Shown here: positions 11,096-24,121 of the stretch, piece after piece | Numbering within the stretch: position 1 is the stretch's first letter | Layout of the letters: every line of letters begins with the position of its first letter | Notes under the pieces: model-generated | Database searches by the model: none | Seen by the model: the letters and a program-made list of their open reading frames with translations, nothing else | What the model was told of the DNA's origin: nothing | NCBI GenBank assembly: GCA_051294375.1 | Contig: CM119264.1 | Span: 23,185,955 to 23,249,954, forward strand | Reading direction: 5' to 3' | From: Paraspadella gotoi | Lineage: Eukaryota; Animalia; Chaetognatha | Length of the DNA stretch: 64,000 bases | Program-made: the position numbers and the translations under genes

Positions 11096-14000
11096 AAGAG
11101 AGTATTATTCTAGGTTAAATCTTTTGTAGTGGTTGAAGTCACCTCCTTCGTGTAATTCCTCGTCGCCTCGTCCATGTCGTCCAGTCGCTCCGCCGTCAGC
11201 GCCGGCCAAAGCGGCGCTCGATCCACTCGACAGAGCCGGTACCGCCGCGCGAAGACGTAGCCGACGAGCGGCGCCGCGAGCAGCAGCCAAAAGAGGTTGA
11301 CGACGAGGAGTTCGTAGAAGGCGTAGGCGGGAGTGAACATGGCAGAGTAGTTGTTGAAGGCTGGAGTATTGGAGGGCCAACGGTGGAAAGTAGGGAGAAG
11401 AGGAAGAGAAAGAAAAAGTGTAAGAAAGGGTAGATGAGTAACGAAACACTGCAGCAATTTAAATCAGAGAAATAGAAAACTCGCTCAGTGACCGATACTG
11501 ATAAATGAATAAAGAACAGAAAAATATACAAATGACACATAACAAAGTATGTAAGGGTATAAATCCGAGGTATCCTAAAAAAGGTTTTGTTATCATACTG
11601 AGCTACTTTGCTAGCAAGCCCTCGACCTTACTTCCGAATTTGTGAAGCAGCGCCCCTATGAGGGCGTCCATGGAGAGGAAGAAAAAATTCAAGAAGAGTA
11701 AGAGGTTGAATAAAGGGACGCGGTGCGGACGAAGCACTGCGCAGGCGATGGAGGCAGCTAGGAGAGAAACGCAGCAGAGCACAGCCTGGTTGTTGAAACA
11801 ATTGCATGGAAAAAATTGATATTTTAATTTTTTTTTTAAATGACTATAACGGATAATATTTTTGATTGATTGGTTTAGAGGTTTCAGATTCATTGATTGA
11901 TTGTTTGATTCATAGTTCGATTGACCGATTTATTGATTGATTGATTGACTGATTAACATGTTTTTCCCTTCGACCTGTTCAAAGAGATTGTTGAAGAAAG
12001 CGGCAAAGGCAACAACGAGAACGAGTTTGAGAAAAATGAGCGCTGGTCGAAAAAAGACGCCGGGACGCCGAAAAGACGAAAAGAGATAGAGGCGCGCCGT
12101 CGCCCATAGGACATCGACGCCGCTCGCGAACTCTGGTTAAGAAAATGATTATCGATGGTTGACGAATCTATAGGTTACAGTAATATGTTGAAACTTCGTT
12201 TACCTGTTTCTTTGAGTCGAATGAAAAGTTCGTGGTCTTCTGAAGAATGGGCGTGAACCTGATAGAGGGAATACGCAGTTTTTTTTTTAAATTAAGTTTC
12301 ATGGAACTAACTAGATAAAAATGCATGTTATAACATAATTCCAAACAAATCATTTCTCCGGATCAAAAAGAATTTATTTTGTTTTATTTTTACAATATCA
12401 TTTGCATATTGCAGTAATTGTCTATTGATATTTTTTTCTTGTTTCAGTAGATTCGAACGTGTCCTATTTACAATTTTTGGAATTAGTTAATATCTAGATT
12501 TCCAGAGAAAAGAATTTTGTTCATATGGAACGACATATATTTTCATATTGTGAAATTATAAACTTCACATTCATGAAAGTCGAAATTAAATGGCAATTTG
12601 ATGCTCCTTAGGTATGAAAGCAACATAGCTGTGTAACGGTTATCTCTGGTTTCTCTTCAGAGCGTACAAATCTTTCGCCTTTTACTAAAGATTTCCGTGG
12701 AGAGGAACACTCCAAGAGTGTTTCCTTATTTATTTCCGCCCGAGATTTACTCGGGTAATTGTGCCTTGTAACGTTGATATCTCTTATAAATAAGGAGAAG
12801 AACATAAATATATTTAACTCCACCTGAAGTCGAATCACGTGGATCATCCGTACGGGGACGAACACAAAGACGAAGAGGAAGATGAAAAGGGCTGGGACGA
12901 TGCTGAGGAAATGAGGAGCGGTCCAACAGGCGCCTTCGTTGGCGATGTCGATGATTCCCTCAGGTCGACAATGGAACAGGCGGGCGAGAGCTGCGCCGAG
13001 GGGAAGACATAGGGCCTGGTGGTGTGATGAGGGGTGACCATTTAGATTTAATGGACGTCACTTTTTGTCAAAATTAATATATGTCAATCGCATGAAGAAA
13101 TTTAAATAAGCAATTCCAGTGTTGTCTTCTTGTTGTCTTCTTCATCAATACAACTCAAGGTTAAGATACTTTCTGCCCCAGTTTTCTTTTTTCAATGTTT
13201 GAAGATTCTTAATAATAATAAGAAGCATAAGATTCTTATGCTCTCTCTTATAAAAAGCCTTAACATTAAACATATTGAGATTTTCTAGGGACAATTTTCT
13301 ACCAGGCAGGATGAGGATCAAGTGGGTCCTTTTAAAATCAACTCACATTTTGTTCCTTTTGTTTTTAAAATATAGCAATGTTCTTAAATCTCATTAGCAT
13401 GTTGAAGTGATCCAGATATTCGTATTTAACCAAAAAATATTTTTTTTATAAATAGTAATACTACAAATTCGTCCAAAAATTTAAATATTTAAGTAAAAAA
13501 TACAAAATGAAAACGAAATCTTTCTTGTCAGCATCTCAATAAACTCTGGTAATTAATCTGATTGTATTTTATAAAATTTAAAGATAAGAGTACCTATATT
13601 TTTTTTAAGAAAATAAAAATTCATTCACTGACAGCTTTGCGCAGTGGCGATACCGTAGCCAGTGAAGTATTAACTGAGGCGCGGTTATTGCTAATTGAAA
13701 ACTAATCCCAATACCCCGCTGGGAAGGACTTGAAACATAGTCCATCCAGCAATTTCTGAAAACCCCACTCGGGTTAGTAATTCTTATTACTTAAAAGGTG
13801 TTCATGAGAAAGCGATTCTTCCTTAACTCACTTGAATTAGTAAGATCGCGATGCGTTCTATTTCCGCCTGCTTAAGGTAAGGAAGCACGACTCTTCTTTT
13901 CTTGGTGAGTCTCTTCCCCACGACGACGAATAAGATGATTAGGACGAAGACAATTACCCACAATACAACCCACACAGCGTAGTGGAAGGGGAAAAATTTG

Positions 14001-14644
14001 GAGAGCGGGACGAAGTCACGAGCGTTCTGTAGTTCGGCGATGAAAAACATGTTAATAAACAGGTTTTTGAGAACCTTCTCCACCACGGAAACAAAACCTG
14101 GAAAAGGTCAGGCGAGTAAAATTTGACGAGATCCCAGATGTCAAGATTGAAGACGAAGACCCAAGCCGTCAGCTGGAGCCAAGACTGCGGCCAAATCCAA
14201 CGAAGGGACATCGACTGGAGCAGTGAGTAAATCTGAAGGAAATCAAGGAGGAAGAAGAGCAGATCCCAAAAGAGCAACGAGGGTCGGTGAGGATCCGGTC
14301 GAAGGAGCAGTCCATGGGGGCTGAAGAAGAATTGATTTATATATTTGACTGGCCGATTTGCTAAAGTTTACGTTTTCCTACGTTTTAAGAAGCGAGACGT
14401 CCTCTCCGTCACTTCCTCTGATGCCATCGTCGTCGTCTTCATCGTCGTCGTCTCTAGTTTTCGCTTTGACCAAAACTCGAGAGAAAACATTTTTATTTTT
14501 TCTGTTTCGTTCGTCGTCGTCGATTTTAGCGACGAAGACGTCGTCACTTTCAGGATCGTATTTAATCCACGGCTTCGCAGTTTCTTTTGTTTTGTCTTTT
14601 GTTCGAGCGAAAGGAAAGATTTGGGTCGATCGGAGCGCCCTCAT
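9435..14644 (-). CDS. Uncharacterised multipass membrane protein with cytoplasmic C-terminal domain (~12 exons)
   Basis: In-phase exons give LFWDLLFFLLDFLQIYSLL...WIWPQSW...LCLPLGAALARLFHC...CWTAPHF...LYLFSSFRRP...LRPHRVPLFN...PVHELAREIQIINAFCRE...TLWDVLDDLI...RLLLKLY...WEKRRI*. Several hydrophobic segments are present. The first exon and start codon are uncertain. Confidence 0.75.
10209..10396 (-). mobile_element. Diverged family-A insertion (plus strand TGAAGAGAC...ACCTTA) with 4-bp TSD CATT, in an intron
   Basis: CATT at 10205-10208 and 10397-10400. Shares AGCTTTGGA, GGCGGCCACC, GGCGAAT and GAACGGT..GTGGATTTTA blocks with 59500-59714, and TTGCCTCCGG with the reverse complement of 1131-1364. 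Confidence 0.75.
13633..13775 (+). ncRNA. RNU4: U4 spliceosomal snRNA (copy 1), antisense in an intron of the membrane-protein gene
   Basis: AGCTTTGCGCAGTGGC 5' end, GTAGCCAGTGA k-turn stem, TTGCTAATTGAAAAC, CCCAATACCCCGC, 3' stem-loop, Sm site AATTTCTG and terminal hairpin, all collinear with metazoan U4. Confidence 0.95.
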
Positions 14645-15324
14645 CGTCGAGGGAGATTGTTTTTATTATTATTATAATTTTTATTTTTTGTAATTTTTTG
14701 GTTGGTTGTTTTTGTTTAATGTTATTTTGTGATTTTCCGGGGCATAATTTCATTTAGTGGACATTTATGTAAATTTTCTACCGATGCATTCTTTCAAAAA
14801 TATACAATCTTGAAAGAATATTTATAAGCATCTTATTCTTGGGCAATGTTATCGACGATAACTTATCGTGAATACTTTCAAATATTATTGGACCAAAATT
14901 TGAAACAAAATGATAAAAACTATCCAATATTGTGTAAAAGTCCACTATATAAAAAATATTACTTTAAAGTATAACGATGTATTGTTAGACGAAATTTTAA
15001 AAATTAATAAATTGCCCGGTCCAATGGTAAAAAGCTTTTAAAGTTTTTGAAAAATTAGGATTTCAAGGACTTAGTATCGGGATGTAGCGGGGAAAGTGTC
15101 ACAACTGTTCTGAATATTTAACAGAAAATTCAATAACAGACATTTTGACTTTCGCAAACGGATGTTAAAAAGTGAGTGTGTGTACGACAATTTTTATTGC
15201 CTTAAATTTTAAAGGGAAATTTCAATGTATTTCCTTCAATCGTGGATCATTGGATCGAGTTAATTGCACTATTGACCACTTAACGCTAAGGTGATTGCCC
15301 ACCTATCGCCATCTTCATAGCCAC

Positions 15325-18300
15325 TCATCCCTTGACCACCATCCTTGGATTCTTCTTGCAACCCCCTTCGCTTTCCTTATAGTGCCGCGCTACCTCTTCC
15401 TCAGCAGCGCCGACCACTTTTTCGCAGAGAGGACACTTGAACCTTTCCTCACCGACGCGCGGACATTTTTTGGCTTCGCGGTGCCGACGCAGCGCCGTCT
15501 TCTCCACGGCGGCGCGGCAGGTCTCGCAGCGCCCGAAGACGCCGCGCCGTTCTTCGCAGTCTTCAAGCAAGTGATCCCAAAAACCGGAGATCTCGACGAC
15601 CTGCTTGCAGTGGTCGCAGCGCATGAGAAGCGGGCAGGCATCCCAATAGTGAAGGTCTAACGCCTGGCCTTCGCCGAACGCTTCGTTTTCGTCGCCGCAA
15701 AAGACGCAAAAGTTTTGAGGGGGTTCGTCGTCGACGGCGTCCTCGGCGTCTTCTTGAGCTTCGCTCTCTCCGACGTTTGAAGCGGCGTTGGCGTCGTGGC
15801 GCTCATCATAGTCTCCCTCCATTTCTTGCTCACCGCTTTCACCGCCATCTCCGTCTTCCACCTCTCCCTCGGCTTCAGCAGCAGCCTCCGTCGCCGCCGC
15901 CTCTCCCGCCGCCTCTCCCGCCGCCTCCCCCGCCGCCGCCGCGTTCCGCTCCAAATTCTTCAGATTCTCCAGTTGAGATTTGAGTTCGCGAATTTGTTGC
16001 TTCTTCATCTTTTCGGCTTCGGCGGCGCGAGCGGCCAATTCCTGTTTAAGATTGAGTTAATCGATTGAGTATATCATAAGTATGACTGAAGCAATGATTA
16101 AAACGCCATTTAATACGTAATAGTCTGTAGAAATTTGACGGATGATTAATACATAGATAATTGAGACGAAAAGTGGAAATTGTGAAAAAAAAGTCGATTT
16201 CTCGACGAGACGAGTGATAAGTCACAAGTGAGAGAGAAGATATCACAAATCGGCTTTACATTACTGATTAGAATTATCTAAACAACTTTATGAATGTTTC
16301 TTAGACATTCATTAAATTGGGCCAAAAGTCAGTTTCGTGTTTAAAAGTTTACATGCGCGACCTGTTTGGAGGGTTTCCCGTCGATTCGGTCGAACTGTTC
16401 CAAGATTCTTCGCCAGGTGAGGATTTTACGGATTCTGTCGTCGTCACCTGTAAAGTAAAATAAAAAGTTACAAAAAAATAATGAAAAGAAAAAAGAAGTA
16501 AAACAGCAAGAAAAGGCACTAAAGCCTAAACAAGAAATTGAACTAAACTATGATAATCGATGTGAAAATCCTAAGACGATGTCGAAGACAAAATGACGAT
16601 CTTGAACAAAAATATCACTTTCTCTATCGCTTACCCGGCAGACAAGCTTTCACCGGCTTCCCGTGCTCCCTGTACAATTCCACGATGAGCCTGTAGCAGA
16701 CGTCCCTGACCGGGCTTGAAGGATGCTCCACCAAGCTCCTAGCCAATCCGACCACGGACTGCAAGTCGAACCCCGACCCTTCGCCGACGCCGAACTCCCG
16801 GACGAGCTCTTCCAGCGTTTCCACTCGGGCCAGCACCATCTTAGGAGCAGCGTTGATCTTCGACGGCTGCTGCAGCTGCTGCTGCACGACGCCGAGCCCT
16901 TTCACCTCGGGAATTTGGGCAAGCAGGCTGACGACGCGCTGGGCCGATAGGCCGCCTCGACCGGGCTTGTCGGCCAAGCGGGAGAGCAGCACGGGCAGAG
17001 AGCGGTCCACCACATGGGCAACTTCGGATTTCCCGAGTTTGTGACTCGAAAGGAATTCGGTGAGGAGGAAGCGAAGGAAATCCCAAGAGGCCGAAAACAC
17101 CACCTGAACCTTAAGAAGTCGGGTGATCATTGATTATTGATCAATTTTCTCATTTTTAAATCTTTTTCTCATTATAATTGTTATAAACAACATTACCTTG
17201 TCCTTGAGCAACTTCTTCAACACCACCGTCGCTGCTCTGGCAGCGTTGCGGCTTTGCTCTCGGGACACGGAGGCGGGGCTGTAGTTATCTCTCAGAAAAG
17301 CGATCAATTCTTGAAGACCTAGTTGACGAAGTTGCCAGGATTTGGAGCACAATTTGGCCACCAGCGTTTCGTCCACCACATCGAGCACCGGCAGCATCTC
17401 GTGGGCGTCTCGCTCGGTCAGCGGCTCCGGCTGCTGCGGCGGCGGTGCTTCCTCAGAGGTGGCGTCGTCGACGCCGTCGATCGGGGGCAACGATCGCGGC
17501 GACATCGACGAATCCGGTGATGTTGGTTCCGCTCTCTTAGGTTCGATCACCTTAAGTTTCAGTGAATATGAAAACTTTTAAATCTAATTTGCATATTGCA
17601 GTAAACTTGTTTATAGAAGTTATTCTGGTAACGACAGTCGATAAAAATCTGTTTAATTAATATTCCCTATTTAACCAAAACTTTCTGTCTGCTTTCAGCA
17701 GTAAAAACAAATTTCATTATTATTATAAATAATAATAAACTGTATAATTAAAAAAAATATTTTATAAAAAGTCAGATCATTTTGTTCATTTCTACAAAGT
17801 CGATGAGACTGCTGATCATCTTATAAAGTCAACTTTGCGCAGTGGCGATACCGTAGCCAGTGAAGTACTTACTGAGGCGCGGTTATTGCTAATTGAAAAC
17901 TAATCCCAATACCCCGCTGGGAAGGACTAGCAATAGTCCACCTAGCAATTTCTGATGACCCTAACAGGGTTATAAACCTTATGTCATGTATTTACTATCT
18001 CAAGAAACTTTACTCTACCCACCTGCTTGGTGACCGTGGGTAAAGGCCTTTCATCGGGCGAGTCCAGCCGCAGAGTCGGCGTCTCTTCCTGAGTCGGCGT
18101 TCCGATCGGAGGCAGCACCGGCGTCGTTCCGGCGCTGAGTCGCGGCGGCGGCGGTTCCTCTGGAAAGGAAGCTGAGCCGACTGGTAAGGCTAAAAGCTGA
18201 AAAGATATAAATATGATAATGTCTAAATAAGGAATTTGTTTTTTTAAAAATATGATATTCATTTGATCGAAAGCATTAAAAGTGATTTTGATTATTAAAT

Positions 18301-20213
18301 TGTCTCATTAATCTAGTCAAATGTGACTCACACTCCAGTCTTTAACTCTCAACTCTCCAGTCTAAACGGCACCTGATTCAGATTGAGCCTGTTGAAAGCA
18401 GCGATGCGATAATCCTCCATCTGTTGCTTCTTGAGTTTCGCTCGATCGTAATCCTCTTCTTCGATCGCTTGCCGCTTCTCAATCTCGTATCGGCCGAGTT
18501 TAACGCCCGCCTTGAATTAATATAAAAGATAATACTTTTAAATTCTTAATTATCATGACAAAAGCTGACAATTGATACACAGTATGCAATAAACGAAGTC
18601 TCGATCCTTCCAATTGAATCGAGTTCCGCGAACAGCACAAACCTCACACGATCCGCCACTTCCGAACCAACCAAATCTCACCCGCTGCAAGGCGACGATG
18701 GCCTCCTTCAATTTCTTCGCCACTTCGAAGTTCTCGGCATCGACCGCCTTTTGTTTTTTCTCGTTTAATTTCCGAATGATTTTTCCGACTTCGGGATCTT
18801 GGTACATGTCGAAGGCGAGGTCGTCGAGCGGGGACATCTGGCGTGAGAAAAAGGATCACGAATGACGAGAAAAGGACAAAGGACAAGGAGGAAAAGGGCG
18901 CCAATCAATGAGTTGGCTTATTGACAAAATTCTATCAAGCAAAGAGTCATTTTACGAAAGACGACTTTTGATTGTGTTTTCAAAATCCAACTTGCCTAAT
19001 AGTATTATCCCAGGCCGTGATTAATGTCAACTTAAGACTAACTATAACTACGACCCTTACCGCATTGTGGTTGACGCTCGGCCCGTCCTCTCGCCCGCGA
19101 CCGGATGTGATTTCGGCGTCGTCGATGACGTCGCCAATGACGTTAATCGCGACCACGCCCACCTGATGCCATCGTGGTGAGGGGAAATTTAAAATTACTT
19201 CTCTGCTTAGTGACTTATAATTGACATAGGATATTTGTTTATGTTTTCTATTGTGCTGAAAAAGTATCGATGAAAATATTTTCATAATCTTTTTCGGTGA
19301 AATAATTTGATTTACCACACACCTGATTATAAATGTTTTGTGGGTTGACGTAATTTTTGTGAATGGCGAGTTTGACGTAAGCGCCCGCAGCGTCGACATG
19401 AACCGATTTCAGTTCGCGAGCCTGAGATACAAACATCCGTCGTTGACTTTGCCGTTGTTATTGCGTATATTGACGTTTTATATTGTTATTGTATATTTGT
19501 TATTGCGAATATTGACGTTTTATAATTTTGCTAACCTGATATTGCGTCGCTGCGTTGTCCGACAGCGCCACGTAACCCAAGCGGGTGAATCGCGAATTCT
19601 TTAGAATAAAAACAAACAAAAGTCAAAAGGGAATATGAACATCGTTCAAGATACATCCGAAATCCGAATCGATCGAGGCTCTCCGCGTTCGAACCTTGAG
19701 CATTTTGGGCGTCTTTGGCGGAACGTCGCCCACGAAGAACTCGATCTTAGACGCGATGAGAAATTGGTGAGAAAGAATTTGGATTTTCTTGATGCGACAT
19801 CGATGATTCAGTGAAATGATTAGTTCCTGTGGGAAGGAAAAGTGTATAGTTAAACAATTAACTACGGGCAAACGAGTATTAAAAAAATTAGTCAACTTCG
19901 TAAACTTTGGTAATTAATGTTTCAATTTTGGTTTCTTCAGACATTGTTTTATTTTAGATATAGAAAGATATAGAAAGATGTAGAAAGTTAACGCTAAAAG
20001 TTAACGCTAAAAGATCCGAGTCAGTGATCACGTGACTCGACTAGACCCCCGCCGACGAGCCACTGCGCGGAGCCTTCTTACCTGCGGAAAAAGACAGAAC
20101 CTCTGCGACTGCCACCCCTTGACGAGAGGTCCGTGCGAGTTGAGCTCCGTCGCCCGAAACTGCTCGTCCTCGCCGCTGAAGGACGCAATCTCGAATGGAA
20201 TCTTACGCGGCAT
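15325..20213 (-). CDS. CEP104: Centrosomal/ciliary tip protein CEP104
   Basis: N-terminus MPRKIPFEIASFSGEDEQFRATELNSHGPLVKGWQSQRFCLFPQ; KKIQILSHQFLIASKIEF; SPLDDLAFDMYQDPEV with UVR-like coils; TOG/HEAT region SKSWQLRQ...LLKDKV; C-terminal zinc fingers (CVFCG...LDLHYWDACPLLMRCDHCKQVVEI...CPLC...CKKNPR). Confidence 0.95.
17831..17971 (+). ncRNA. RNU4: U4 spliceosomal snRNA (copy 2), antisense in a CEP104 intron
   Basis: Same conserved core as copy 1 (CTTTGCGCAGTGGCGATACCGTAGCCAGTGAAG...TTGCTAATTGAAAACTAATCCCAATACCCCGC), Sm site AATTTCTG, and a different but paired terminal hairpin GACCCT-AAC-AGGGTT. Confidence 0.95.
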
Positions 20214-21496
20214 GTTTGAGCGGGGAATTTAAGGGGCGAAGGTGGTTTGAAGGTGGTTTTAAGGTGGTTTTGAAGGTGGGTGGTTCGACTGAAAGGTTCG
20301 ACTGAAAAAAAGGGTTGCTATCGGCGGCGAAATCAACAAATAACGTGTGACGACCAGGGAATGTCGAGTGTTAAACTGAAGACGAGGCGAAGCGGGAAGA
20401 AATCAGACGCGGCCATGCGTCGATCGATGGGGCGTGACGACGTGGCGAAGACCCGGAGGTAGTGGGGCTCAATTGCTCACTCTTTCAATCGATCCAGCAA
20501 ATAACGGAAGTGAACAATCCAGTTTCGCAGCGAAAGTCGTAAGAAATAGTGTGGTTTTATAAATAGTCTAAAAGTGGGTTCAAATCTGCGTAAAAAACTC
20601 AAAGAGCGAGTTTTTAAGCGAATTTTCTATTCCATAATTTTACTAAATAAGAGAAGAAATATCGTCCCCTATTAAAGTTTAATGAATAACTATTACACAG
20701 TATTTTGTTTCTTTTCATTTTTTCCATATTTGTTTTAAAATTTTTAAATCTAATTTTTTTTTTTATAAATTTACACGTTGGGAAAAAACAAGGATGTAAA
20801 TAAAAAATAGGTAAGAAATTAAGTCAACGTTAAAAAATGCTGTAAAAGAATGAGGAAAAGAAGGAAATGGAAAAAAAAAAGTCACGAATGAAAAATAAAG
20901 AGGTCGACTAAGCAAATTTCTTTCATCGACAGCATCTTCTGCGGAATCGATAAACTTGTTAGTTTCGTCGCTTGGCAACCAGAATAGAACCTGCGTACAA
21001 CACAAAGCGAGAGAGAGTGCGGAAGAGAAATAGACAGGGAAAAATAGCGAGAGAGATAAAGAGAGAGACCTCTTCCGGCGTGTTGAAAGCTCCCAAATTT
21101 TCAAAGAGATGTACTCCACGGCAAACATTTGTCTTTTCCTTTCTTTCTCTTCTTCAAACAAGAAGACAATCGTGGATTTTCGCGATTTTTGGTAGTCAAT
21201 TACGAGATAGTTTTTCTGGTCTGGCGATGGAAATATTGAAATTTAGGAGACAGTTTATTAGAAATATTTATATATATATATTTTTTTTAATCGGCCGACA
21301 TAGTTAAAAATTTGAACCCACCGCTAGAAAAATGCTGTCATTCGAAAACGCAAAGAAATTTTTGAGAATTTTGAGAATTTTGAGAATTTCATTTGTACGG
21401 GCAGGACATAAGTGCTTTAAAATATTCAATCTTTGTTTTATTCACTTTTTTTTATTGTCGTAATGAGAGGCCAAACATGTAGATCGAGTTCTCGCT

Positions 21497-22031
21497 TCAC
21501 CCCAGAAGAACAAAAAGAAGCAGAGTAAACATTTTCCAACTGGGCAGGAAAACCGGATCAAATCTCAAGACGCCCTGATTTAAGTTGAAAAAGCAGTAGG
21601 TACCAGATTTATTTACGCTTTGAAGGTTTGGACCAGATTGAGTCGTTTTTACCTGTTCATTTTTCAGCTGAATTGGAGAGGATAAGAACTGAGATTTAAT
21701 TTGGGTGAGCAGAGGAGTATTTTTAGTGGTTGTTTTGGATTTCATATTTAAGGTATTTAGCAGTATTTACGCAGAAAAACGCGTGTTTTTAACTCGGTAA
21801 AATCGGTACAACCAATATAAAAATTATTTATTCATTCAATCAGTAAGCTATCTTACTTGGAAAGGCTGCAGTGGGTTAAGTGTGAAGGAAATGTTTTGTA
21901 ATATTCCAAAATCTTGTTCTAATTTAACATATACAATCAAGTCCTTTTTGCTGTCATTCCGAATATTCAATGGGGTAACGTTTCCGTTGGACGCAATAGG
22001 ATATAAACCTCGCAGTTTGCCATAAAAGACG
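21497..22031 (-). CDS. Possible last two exons of a small membrane- or GPI-anchored protein
   Basis: cag|CGTCTTTTAT...TTCCAA|gtaag exon (VFYGKLRGLYPIASNGNVT...) joins in frame to cag|CTGAAAAAT..., ending in a hydrophobic tail WKMFTLLLFVLLG*. Several NxS/T sequons. Upstream exons not established. Confidence 0.35.
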
Positions 22032-22199
22032 CTGGTCAAAGACAACGACGACGACGACAAAGACGACGACCACCAGGAAAAAAGTCACAAAAACGGAGAG
22101 AGTTATCTTTTCTCTCCGTCTTTCTTCACCATCTCTCACAAACAACCCCCCCTTTCCGCACTACCCCTTTCCCCGCCCCCCTAAACCCCCCGAAGCGCG

Positions 22200-22445
22200 A
22201 AGAAAAATGGCGTCAGTCTTTTCCTGTTTATTCTTGGGGTTTTGACCCTCAGCAGTGGAGTTTGAGGGAGTTTAGGGGGGGGGGTGGCGAAGGGAAGGGG
22301 AAGGAGAAAGTGGGAGAAAACGGAAGTAGAAAACGGGCGGAGTCTTTCTCTCTTAGCCAATCGCGTCTCAGCCACTTTATCCCTGGACCAATCGGAGGCC
22401 GAGAAATTGTTTTCGCGCCGGCGCGCGACCCCGAAGATCGCGACA
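22200..22445. promoter_or_regulatory. GC-rich promoter-like motif cluster
   Basis: AAAATGGCG (YY1-like), CGGAAGT (ETS), GGGCGG (Sp), two CCAAT boxes 31 bp apart (22357, 22388) and TTTCGCGCC (E2F-like). Confidence 0.45.
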
Positions 22446-22804
22446 TCCATTTATTCTAAAGAAATCGTTTCATAAAGTCTTTCTATTCACGCCACATATG
22501 GAGACATCACGTGACGAGGAGGAAAAGCCTTGTTAACTGGCGGCGGAAGAGGTGGAGGGAGAAAGAGAGAAGGAGGTGGAGGAAGTGAGTGGAGGAGAAA
22601 TAGGATGAAGGGAGAAAACGTAAATCATGAAGAGGAGAAACGGAGATGAAGGGAGAGAAAGAAAGAAAGAATGAAGGAAAGATAGAAAGAAAAAAAGAAA
22701 GAAAGAAAGAAGAAAGAATTAAAGATAAAAAAAGAAATAAAGAACGAAAGAAAGAAAGAAATAAATAACGAAAAAACGAAAGAAAGAAAGAAAGAAAGAA
22801 AGAA

Positions 22805-22835
<31 letters not shown>

Positions 22836-22884
22836 GAATAACGAAAGAAAAAAAAGAAGAAAGAAAAGAAAGAAAGAAAGAAAA

Positions 22885-22944
<60 letters not shown>

Positions 22945-23055
22945 AAAAAAATTCCTTGGTTTATGGAAAGAAATCAGTGATACACAAAGAGGAAAAATGA
23001 ATAAACAACCATTAAATCTGAGATCTTGACTCTTTTCCAAACGAGAAAACTGAAC

Positions 23056-23117
<62 letters not shown>

Positions 23118-23448
23118 AACAGAGATTTGACCCTTCTTAAACCATTATGGGGCCTCTGGGGTTGATTCACATCATAAATGGTTGGACCGCGACGGCAGTG
23201 GTGGCGAAAAAGCGGTTCGGATGGAGATAGATATCTGAGGGTTAGAGATGGGACTGGATGGGGTTTAAGATGGGAATCGTTGAGTTTCAATTGAGCTACA
23301 GTTTCTTGAGGTGAGTTGATTTGTTTTAGATAACCACAAAACTCTAATACCTAAAATAGAGAGAGTGAATGCTTCGGCTTCAATTAATTTACTAAGAGTA
23401 AAAAAAAATTTGTTTTGGTTGGAACAACGGCAAAGTCGGCAATGATAT

Positions 23449-23472
23449 ATAGATAGATCGATAGATAGATAA

Positions 23473-23558
<86 letters not shown>

Positions 23559-23590
23559 TTGATAGATAGATAGACCGATAGATAGATAGA
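23449..23590. repeat. (GATA)n microsatellite
   Basis: Direct reading. Flanked by (GAAA)n tracts at ~22660-22950 and ~24835-25110 and by (GA)n tracts. Confidence 0.95.
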
Positions 23591-23886
23591 TTGAGGTTAA
23601 ATTTATTTACTGACAGCTCACCTGATTATCATGCCTTTCTTCGCTGGTCGACGTGGTCGTGGAACGAAGAGTAGAGAGAAAACGTTGTTAATTAGACATG
23701 AGAAAACAACTGTAAACAAATGCCATGAAATAGAAATAATCTTTCGCTCTCTCTCACTCTCCCTTTCTTAGCCTAACACCTCAAACTCCTCGCTCTCTTT
23801 CCCAACTTCTTTTAAGAAGTTTTCTCATTATCTCACCAAAAAACAGCGAAGGCTTCGCCCTCATTCTTTACCTGAAAAACCAGTTG

Positions 23887-23936
<50 letters not shown>

Positions 23937-24047
23937 GAGGAGAAAGAGAGAAACCTTTTGAAAAAAAATGTGATTAATTTGTTTTTTGCCGAAAGTTCTC
24001 TCGCCTTGGTTGCCTCCGCACTCTCTCCAACGTCCCGGCTTGGAGGA

Positions 24048-24121
<74 letters not shown>

